Of a stretch of DNA of 64,000 nt, positions 57,167 to 64,000 are shown piece by piece. How positions within the stretch are numbered: position 1 is the first letter of the stretch; each line of letters opens with the position of its first letter. The translations under genes were made by a program, and so were the position numbers. The stretch covers positions 32,001 to 96,000 of the forward strand of contig CAVPNL010000001.1 in NCBI GenBank assembly GCA_963706575.1. The letters run 5' to 3'. This DNA is from an uncultured delta proteobacterium. Its GTDB lineage: Bacteria > Desulfobacterota > Desulfobacteria > Desulfobacterales > JAHEIW01. Under the pieces are notes generated by a model. That model was not told where the DNA came from, did no database searches, and was given only the letters and a program-made list of their open reading frames with translations.

Positions 57167-57224
57167 TAGTCCCAAGCCCCACTAATGGTGTTGAAACGAT
57201 AAACCCGGTAAACAGGAGTTGCCT

Positions 57225-57443
57225 GTGGCCAAAGAAGAACCGATTGTTGTTGAGGGTGTTGTTCTGGAAACATTGCCCAACGCGATGTTCAAGGTTGAAT
57301 TGGAGAACAAACATCAGGTGCTTGCCCATATTTCGGGAAAAATGCGGATGCACTTTATTAAGATCCTTCCCGGAGATAAGGTCACGGTGGAGCTTTCTCC
57401 CTATGATCTGACTCGCGGTCGAATAACTTATCGATCGAAATAA
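57225..57443 (+). CDS. infA: Translation initiation factor IF-1
   Basis: GTG start; [27 protein letters not shown]. Confidence 0.98.
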   Translation: MAKEEPIVVEGVVLETLPNAMFKVELENKHQVLAHISGKMRMHFIKILPGDKVTVELSPYDLTRGRITYRSK

Positions 57444-57444
57444 A

Positions 57445-57539
57445 CTGGGTATTCGGTATTGGGTATAGGGTATTGGTAAGGGTAGCAAGCAAATCGTGCT
57501 TTTTTTTACCAATACCGAATACCCAATACCCAGCACCTA
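57445..57539. repeat. Heptamer-arm inverted repeat (GGTATTG / CAATACC) between infA and rpmJ
   Basis: ctgggtattcggtattgggtatagggtattggtaa ... ttaccaataccgaatacccaatacccag. Confidence 0.85.
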
Positions 57540-57557
57540 ATTTCAGGAGTATATTTT

Positions 57558-57671
57558 ATGAAAGTGCGCGCATCAGTAAAAAAAATTTGCCCCAAATGTA
57601 AAATCGTAAAACGTAAGGGCGTCGTTCGGGTAATCTGCGAAAATAAACGGCATAAACAGCGGCAGGGATAA
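57558..57671 (+). CDS. rpmJ: 50S ribosomal protein L36 (Zn-binding form)
   Basis: Below the ORF-track cutoff: [37 protein letters not shown]. Confidence 0.97.
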   Translation: MKVRASVKKICPKCKIVKRKGVVRVICENKRHKQRQG

Positions 57672-57684
57672 AGGAGGATTGACA

Positions 57685-58071
57685 TTGGCAAGGATTGCAG
57701 GGGTTGATCTACCCAGGAATAAGCGAATCGAAATCGGGCTGACCTATATTTATGGGATTGGCAGAACCTCGTCCAGGCGGATTTTGGAGAAGCTCGACAT
57801 CGATTTAGATTTGAAGACCGATCATCTGACGGAAGATCAGATCAGTAATATCCGCAAGGCAATCGACGATCAATATAAGGTGGAAGGCGAGCTGCGTACC
57901 GAGATCTCGATGAATATCAAACGCCTGATGGATTTTGGTTCTTATCGCGGACTGCGTCATCGCAAATCGCTGCCGGTGCGCGGCCAACGAACCAGCACCA
58001 ATGCCCGCACCCGGAAGGGGCCCAAACGAGCAGCCGTTAAGAAGAGAGGTGCTACCAAGCAGAAAAAGTAA
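57685..58071 (+). CDS. rpsM: 30S ribosomal protein S13
   Basis: TTG start after [26 protein letters not shown]. Confidence 0.98.
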   Translation: MARIAGVDLPRNKRIEIGLTYIYGIGRTSSRRILEKLDIDLDLKTDHLTEDQISNIRKAIDDQYKVEGELRTEISMNIKRLMDFGSYRGLRHRKSLPVRGQRTSTNARTRKGPKRAAVKKRGATKQKK

Positions 58072-58153
58072 ACGACTTAGGGTATAATTTGATTAGAACC
58101 CATCTCAAAATTCTATTTTTGAGATGGCTTATAGATAAGACAGAGGCAAAACG

Positions 58154-58540
58154 ATGGCCAAAAAAATTCGTACCAAGAAAAAGAGCAAGAAAAACATTTC
58201 TAACGGCGTTGTTCATATTCAATCGACATTTAACAATACGATTGTGACCATAACCGATTCAGGAGGAAATGTCGTTTCCTGGTCCAGTGCCGGGGTGCAG
58301 GGGTTTAAGGGTTCTCGTAAAAGTACGCCTTTTTCAGCGCAGCTCGCAGCTGAAGACGCAGCCCGGAAGGCAATGGAACATGGGATGAGAACCGTAGAGG
58401 TTTATGTTAAGGGTCCCGGTCCTGGAAGAGAATCCGCATTACGCGCGCTGCAGGCCGCTGGATTCAACGTTGTAATGATTAAAGACGTGACACCCATTCC
58501 CCATAATGGGTGCCGACCACCCAAGAGAAGAAGAGTTTAA
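58154..58540 (+). CDS. rpsK: 30S ribosomal protein S11
   Basis: [30 protein letters not shown]. Confidence 0.99.
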   Translation: MAKKIRTKKKSKKNISNGVVHIQSTFNNTIVTITDSGGNVVSWSSAGVQGFKGSRKSTPFSAQLAAEDAARKAMEHGMRTVEVYVKGPGPGRESALRALQAAGFNVVMIKDVTPIPHNGCRPPKRRRV

Positions 58541-58639
58541 TTTAGTTAATTCGTTGATATGTTAAATAGTCAAATAGTTTTAAATGATTTTATCTTCAGT
58601 TACGATTTAACCATTTAACGAAACAAAAGGGAGGATCTT

Positions 58640-59269
58640 TTGTCAAGATATAAAGATTCGGTTTGTCGGCACTGCCGGCGTGAAAATTTAAAATTGTATC
58701 TTAAGGGAGACCGCTGCTATTCGGATAAATGCGCCTTTGACCGGCGTTCGTATCCGCCCGGACAGCATGGTGAGCGCCGGGGCAGGAAAATTTCTGATTA
58801 CGGAATACAGTTGCGGGAAAAACAGAAAGTCAAAAGAATGTATGGACTTTCTGAAAAACAATTTCACCTGTTTTTTAAGAGGGCTGAGCGCCAGAGAGGT
58901 GCCACCGGAACCAACCTGCTGTCATTATTGGAACGGCGTCTCGACAATGTTGTCTATCGCCTTGGCTTTGCGAATTCTCGCGCTCAGGGGCGCCAGTTTG
59001 TCCTGCACAATCATTTCATGGTCAATGACAAAAAGGTCAACATCCCGTCTTTTTTAGTCAAAGTAGGCGATGCAATTGAAGTAAAGGAAAAGAGCAAAAA
59101 AGTTGCGGCGATCTCCGACTCCATTGAGGCGGTTGTTCGCAGAGGAATTCCGCAATGGTTGGAGCTTGAAAAAGAGAAAAGTAAAGGCGTCGTGAACGGA
59201 TTCCCGGTACGCGAAGACCTTACGATGCCGATTCAAGAGCAGCTGATTGTCGAGCTCTATTCCAAATAG
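58640..59269 (+). CDS. rpsD: 30S ribosomal protein S4
   Basis: CRHCRRE, PGQHG, LERRLDN, IVELYSK. Confidence 0.98.
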   Translation: MSRYKDSVCRHCRRENLKLYLKGDRCYSDKCAFDRRSYPPGQHGERRGRKISDYGIQLREKQKVKRMYGLSEKQFHLFFKRAERQRGATGTNLLSLLERRLDNVVYRLGFANSRAQGRQFVLHNHFMVNDKKVNIPSFLVKVGDAIEVKEKSKKVAAISDSIEAVVRRGIPQWLELEKEKSKGVVNGFPVREDLTMPIQEQLIVELYSK

Positions 59270-59317
59270 CGGTTGTTGCAGCCAAATCCAAAAACCTTTT
59301 CAACCTGGAGAGAAAAA

Positions 59318-60337
59318 ATGTCATCTGATGAACTGATGTTTATTAACTGGCAACAAATGATCAAGCCAGAAAAAGTTCAGGTTAGCAGTAATCCATCCTA
59401 TGGCAAGTTTGTATGTGAACCATTGGAAAGGGGTTTCGGGATCACGATCGGCAACTCCTTAAGACGGATTATACTGTCTTCGTTATATGGTGCTGCCATT
59501 ACATCGGTAAAGTTTGATGGCGTCATGCATGAATTCAGTGTTATCCCTGGAGTGCTGGAGGACGTGTCCGAAATTATTCTAAATCTCAAAGAAGTTCGTT
59601 TTCGGGTTGCAGACACGGAGCCCAAAAGCGTCCGAATTGAAGCTTCGGGAGAAAGGGAAGTCACCGCCGGCGATATCCTGAGTGATGACGGAAAATGTGA
59701 TGTGCTTAATTCCAAGCACCACATTGCGAGCCTTTCGGAAAAGGGCAAGTTAAACATGACCATGACTGTGAATTACGGAAAAGGTTACTCCCTTGCCGAA
59801 GCAAATAAAGATGAAGAAGCCCCTGCCGGTACAATACCGATTGATGCGGTCTACTCACCGATCAAACGCGTCAATTACGTGGTCGGTAATGCGCGGGTCG
59901 GTCAGCGAACCGATTATGATAAGCTCACATTGGAAATCTGGACCGACGGAAGCCTCCTTCCCGAGGACGCGGTGTCTTTTGCCGCCAAGATCTTAAAAGA
60001 TCAGATGAGTATTTTCATAAACTTTGACGAAGAAATGGAACCGCCGCCCGAGGAAAAATCCAGGGATAAGACCAAGCCAAAGTTTAACGAAAATTTGTAT
60101 CGCAGCGTTGAAGAACTTGAATTATCGGTCCGCAGTGCCAACTGCCTGAAAAATGCAGACATCAACCAGATTTGGCAACTGGTCAGCAAGACCGAAGCAG
60201 AAATGCTCAAGACAAAAAACTTTGGTCGCAAGTCCTTGAACGAAATTAAAGAAGTGTTGTCCGAAATGGAATTGTCGCTCGGGATGAAACTGGAAGGCTT
60301 TATGCCCCCCGAAGAAGACAACGAAGAAGGAGAGTGA
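59318..60337 (+). CDS. rpoA: DNA-directed RNA polymerase subunit alpha
   Basis: [38 protein letters not shown]. Confidence 0.98.
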   Translation: MSSDELMFINWQQMIKPEKVQVSSNPSYGKFVCEPLERGFGITIGNSLRRIILSSLYGAAITSVKFDGVMHEFSVIPGVLEDVSEIILNLKEVRFRVADTEPKSVRIEASGEREVTAGDILSDDGKCDVLNSKHHIASLSEKGKLNMTMTVNYGKGYSLAEANKDEEAPAGTIPIDAVYSPIKRVNYVVGNARVGQRTDYDKLTLEIWTDGSLLPEDAVSFAAKILKDQMSIFINFDEEMEPPPEEKSRDKTKPKFNENLYRSVEELELSVRSANCLKNADINQIWQLVSKTEAEMLKTKNFGRKSLNEIKEVLSEMELSLGMKLEGFMPPEEDNEEGE

Positions 60338-60345
60338 TTGGCCGT

Positions 60346-61032
60346 ATGAGACATCGAAAAGCTAGCTTGAAACTAAATCGAACCACGAGTCATCGCCTCG
60401 CGATGTTCCGCAATATGGTCACATCTTTGTTTAAACATGAGCGTATTCGGACAACGGGTCCCAAAGCCAAAGAGTTGCGTCGGCTGGCAGAGCATCTCAT
60501 TACCCTGGCTAAAAGGGGTGACCTGCACGCCAGACGGCAAGCCCTTGCGGTTATCAGAGAAAAAGATGTAGTTCACAAATTGTTTGATGAAGCCAATGAA
60601 AAATTTGGTCATTCCGCCGGAGGGTATACCCGCATTGTCAAGTTGGGCCGACGGGCCGGCGATGCGGCGCCGATGTCGTTGATTGAGCTGATTGTTCCCG
60701 AGGCCGGTGGCAAGAAAAAAACCAAAAAGAAAGGCGCCAAAGCGAAAGCTGCCAAAACAAAAGCGGGCAGCGAAAAGAAAGCCGACGTTAAAGCTCAAGA
60801 TAAAAAGAAATCAGCTAAAAAAGAAGCCACGGCTGAAATGAAGAAAGAGCCGAAAGCAAAAAAGAAAGAGGCGTTAGCGCCTAAGGAAGAAACGGCAAAA
60901 CTGAAAAAGGCTACCGGAAAAAAAGAAGAACCCGAGGTCAAATCAGCAGCAACACAGGAAAAAGACGATTCCGCCGACAAACCTAACAAAGCATCAAAGA
61001 AGAAACCCTCAAAGGAAGAAAAAAAATCTTAA
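60346..61032 (+). CDS. rplQ: 50S ribosomal protein L17 with long Lys/Glu/Ala-rich C-terminal extension
   Basis: [23 protein letters not shown], then ~110 low-complexity residues. Confidence 0.96.
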   Translation: MRHRKASLKLNRTTSHRLAMFRNMVTSLFKHERIRTTGPKAKELRRLAEHLITLAKRGDLHARRQALAVIREKDVVHKLFDEANEKFGHSAGGYTRIVKLGRRAGDAAPMSLIELIVPEAGGKKKTKKKGAKAKAAKTKAGSEKKADVKAQDKKKSAKKEATAEMKKEPKAKKKEALAPKEETAKLKKATGKKEEPEVKSAATQEKDDSADKPNKASKKKPSKEEKKS

Positions 61033-61084
61033 ATTAACTCATCTTCGAATCTTCTTTCCAAAAAAAATCTGAAATTATTTCAGC

Positions 61085-61116
61085 AGACCCTGTCGAACAC
61101 GACGGGGTTTTTTTTT
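61085..61116 (+). terminator. Rho-independent terminator ending the alpha operon
   Basis: agaccctgtcg-aaca-cgacggggtt followed by a T run. Confidence 0.85.
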
Positions 61117-61296
61117 GGGGTTTTTCGCTTGAATCAGGATAGAACCCATCTCAATCCGCGGCGGACTGCGTGTTCCTTAGGACTTTTAAAACTTTCATGG
61201 GCGCATTAAATTTGATAAAACCCCGGCTCTTGATTTATTAGCGGCGTTTCGGATATATAAATTCAATTCAACTGGATTCAAAAGGGGGGAGGGGGG

Positions 61297-62724
61297 ATGA
61301 ACGACCTATCCGATTCCATAAAGCCAAAAGCTTTTGTGTTGAGCAATGCCCAGGTTGAAAAAATCCATGGCGCCACGTTGGGTTTGTTGGAACATACCGG
61401 CATAAAAATGCAACACGCGGAAGCCATAGAAATTTTGGACGGTGCAGGGGTGCGTGTCGAAAAGGACCGAATTTACTTGCCTGCTGCCATCATCGATGAA
61501 GCACTTGGCAATTCTCCTTCACGTGTGGTTTTAGGTCGCAGAAACTATGAAGATTCTGTCATTTTAGAAGGAGATCGCACCTGGTTTGGTCCCTGCCTGG
61601 ATTGTATTAATTATTTGGATCCGATCACCAATGAACGTCGGGCTTTTACCTCTGAAGACTGCCGGATAAATGCATCCATTGCCGACGGGCTGGCCAATTT
61701 TACTTGGGTAATGACCCTGGGGCTGGCTGATGATGTACCCCCCAGTATCGCTGATCGTGTCATTGCCCGGCAGGCGCTAACCTATTGTGAAAAACCACTG
61801 GCCTTCTGTTGCCAGGGTCTCGATAGCACCCGGGACATTTATGAAATGTCACTCGTGATTTCCGGGAATGAAAAGCATTTTAAGCGGGCACCCAACATCG
61901 CTACGATCTTAAGTCCGACTTCACCGCTCTCCCTATCCGAGGTTACGATCGATAGATTATTGTTTTGTGTTGAAAAAGAGATACCTGTTATTGTTTGCCC
62001 AGCACCTTCGGCCGGCAGCACCGGCCCGGCAACATTCGCTGGAACCATTGTGCAGGCAAATGCTGAATCGCTAAGCTGCCTGGTCATTGCCCAAATTCTC
62101 CGTCCGGGTTTCCCTATCATTTATGGCGCCATGCCCAGCATAATGGACATGGCAACGACCATTTTTTCATACGGTGCTCCTGAATTAAGCATAATGTCGG
62201 CCGCTTTTTGCCAGATAGTAAAACATTATCAATTGCCATTTTTTGGGACAGGCGGGTGTTCTGATGCCAAATATGTCGATGCGCAGGCTGCAGTAGAAGC
62301 AACATTTTCCTTGTTGAGCTCATCACTGAGCGGGGCCAACATGATACACGACTGCGGTATCCTCGATCATGGATCGGTGGCTTCTCCGGCTTATAATGTG
62401 CTTATCGATGAGGTGCTCGGTATGGTCAAAAGTTACGAGCAGGGAATCGTCTTAGACGACGACACCCTGGCACTTGACGTGGTTGACCGTGTCGGGCCCG
62501 GGGGTCACTTCCTCGATGAGGAGCACACATTGAATCATTTTCGGGATGTATGGTATCCACAATTGTTTGAAAGAAGCGATTATGATCGCTGGCTTGAAAA
62601 GGGCGCAAAACATTTTGAAGAAAGGTTGCTTGAAAAAACGAAGCAGGCAATGGCGTATGTGCCCACACCGCTGCCGCCGGAGGTTCTGAGAGAGCTCGAC
62701 CGGTTGGCGAAGCACTGGAAATAG
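61297..62724 (+). CDS. Trimethylamine methyltransferase (MttB) superfamily protein, non-pyrrolysine
   Basis: IHGATLGLLEHTG, TGPATFAGTIVQANAE, YGAPE, SDAKYVDAQAAVE, VGPGGHFL; no in-frame TAG. Confidence 0.9.
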   Translation: MNDLSDSIKPKAFVLSNAQVEKIHGATLGLLEHTGIKMQHAEAIEILDGAGVRVEKDRIYLPAAIIDEALGNSPSRVVLGRRNYEDSVILEGDRTWFGPCLDCINYLDPITNERRAFTSEDCRINASIADGLANFTWVMTLGLADDVPPSIADRVIARQALTYCEKPLAFCCQGLDSTRDIYEMSLVISGNEKHFKRAPNIATILSPTSPLSLSEVTIDRLLFCVEKEIPVIVCPAPSAGSTGPATFAGTIVQANAESLSCLVIAQILRPGFPIIYGAMPSIMDMATTIFSYGAPELSIMSAAFCQIVKHYQLPFFGTGGCSDAKYVDAQAAVEATFSLLSSSLSGANMIHDCGILDHGSVASPAYNVLIDEVLGMVKSYEQGIVLDDDTLALDVVDRVGPGGHFLDEEHTLNHFRDVWYPQLFERSDYDRWLEKGAKHFEERLLEKTKQAMAYVPTPLPPEVLRELDRLAKHWK

Positions 62725-62732
62725 ATAAAAAA

Positions 62733-63011
62733 ATGAAAGTAAACATCATGTTCTGCGGCCCACTGGCGCGTTACGCCGGAATTGAAAAGGCCCGGATCGA
62801 ACTTTCTGAAATCGCCCGTTTCGAAGACCTTTTGTCTGAAATCGGACGCCAGTATGGCTCAAATATGCCGCCCCTCATATGGGATGCAGACCGGGACCGC
62901 TTCACCCACCACGTGCTCGCGGTGAAAGGATTTAAACATTTAACCGATTTAAAGGAACCACTGAATAAGAGGGAAGAAATAAGGTTCTATCTTGTAATGC
63001 TGGGCGGCTAA
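62733..63011 (+). CDS. MoaD/ThiS family ubiquitin-like sulfur carrier
   Basis: 92 aa beta-grasp pattern (MKVNIMFCGPLARYAG...) ending in GG. Confidence 0.75.
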   Translation: MKVNIMFCGPLARYAGIEKARIELSEIARFEDLLSEIGRQYGSNMPPLIWDADRDRFTHHVLAVKGFKHLTDLKEPLNKREEIRFYLVMLGG

Positions 63012-63071
63012 ATCACACAGGATAAAACCGATATAATCTATCATTGTTTCAAGCCGATGGAGAAGACCAAA

Positions 63072-64000
63072 ATGGTTAACGTTAGAAAAGCAGCGGTGGT
63101 TGTCATTGGCGGTGGCATCATGGGGTGTTCTACCGCGTACGAACTGGCCAAAAAGGGGCAATCCGTCATTCTGCTGGAAAAAGGTTTCGTTGGTGCTGAA
63201 GCCTCTGGAAGAAATGGCGGGGGAGTGCGCCAGCAAAAGCGTGATCCGGCGGAGTTGCCGCTGGCCATGGAATCTGTGAAAATCTGGCAAGGGTTGCAGG
63301 ATGAATTGCAGTGGGACCTTGAATACCGGCAAGGCGGTAACATTCATATTCTTGGGAATCCCGACCGTTATGATTTTTTTGTCGAACAACTTCGATATTC
63401 CCAGGAAGCCGGCCTGGATGTACGCTTGCTGAGCCCTGAACAGACCCATAAAGTGCTTCCGACCCTGAGAAGGGGTCTGGATCTGCTTGGATCCACTTAT
63501 TGCCCGTCGGACGGAAATGCCAATCCGCTATTCGTGTGCAAGGCATATGCTAAAGCGGCGCAACAGCTGGGTGCCGAGATCAGAGAGCATGAACCCTTGG
63601 AGCGATTGGCGGTCAAATCCGGCCGAGTGATTGCCGCTGTGACGGCCCAGGCCGAATACAGGGCATCGGATTTCGTTATTGCCGCCGGTGCGTGGTCGAG
63701 GCCAATTTGTCATCAAATCGGTTTGAATTTTCCGGTCCAGGTTAAACGGTCTCAACTCATGGTGACCGAGCCGCTGCCCCCGGTTTTCACTGAATTTGTC
63801 AGCGCCGATCAATGCAGTAGTTATTTCCGCCAGGCGTTAAGCGGCGGAATACACATCGGCATCCCAAGTGCCCCCATCGAGGACCATAATAAATCGACAA
63901 GTTATGATGCCTTTAAAATTGCAGGGCAAAGCTGCATGACACTTTTGCCTTTTCTCGAGAAAGTCAACATTGTTCATAGCTGGGCTGGGCTGACCAACTG
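63072..64000 (+). CDS. FAD-dependent oxidoreductase, DAO / sarcosine oxidase beta-like (runs off the window)
   Basis: Not in the ORF track; manual translation VVIGGGIMGCSTAYELA, ASGRNGGG, DGNANP, IAAGAWS, HSWAG. Confidence 0.88.
   Translation, partial: MVNVRKAAVVVIGGGIMGCSTAYELAKKGQSVILLEKGFVGAEASGRNGGGVRQQKRDPAELPLAMESVKIWQGLQDELQWDLEYRQGGNIHILGNPDRYDFFVEQLRYSQEAGLDVRLLSPEQTHKVLPTLRRGLDLLGSTYCPSDGNANPLFVCKAYAKAAQQLGAEIREHEPLERLAVKSGRVIAAVTAQAEYRASDFVIAAGAWSRPICHQIGLNFPVQVKRSQLMVTEPLPPVFTEFVSADQCSSYFRQALSGGIHIGIPSAPIEDHNKSTSYDAFKIAGQSCMTLLPFLEKVNIVHSWAGLTN

Noticed and set aside
61297..62724. Pyrrolysine readthrough in MttB
   Set aside because: The ORF is uninterrupted, with no in-frame TAG.

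Overview
Core-genome window from a bacterium that looks like a Desulfobacterales-type deltaproteobacterium (inferred from gene content and protein styles, not tested). Bases 1-28 kb hold housekeeping genes: nnr, pdxJ-like, ybeY, 7TM-HD, phoH, cvpA, mazG, hisH/hisF, class II aldolase, HD-GYP, LpoA-like lipoprotein, pfk, aminotransferase, truA, AEC transporter, argJ, a pseudouridine synthase, an SDR and an MltD/LysM protein. Bases 28.8-61.0 kb are the transcription/translation supercluster: 5 tRNAs, two apparently identical tuf copies, secE-nusG-rplKAJL-rpoBC, and the str (no fusA), S10, spc and alpha operons. Bases 61.3-64 kb begin an MttB-family methyltransferase / MoaD-like / FAD oxidoreductase locus. 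Most notable observations: (1) a ~99-aa parvulin (PpiC-type prolyl isomerase)-like domain inserted in frame in RNA polymerase beta-prime; (2) a 61-aa dual-CXXC selenoprotein gene missed by the ORF track, with an in-frame UGA and a SECIS-like hairpin, 5 nt upstream of an AEC transporter; (3) a full-length PdxJ homolog with a substituted active site; (4) about 17 intergenic hairpins whose arms are built from short tandem repeats, many between ribosomal protein genes. All calls are by eye; no database searches were run.
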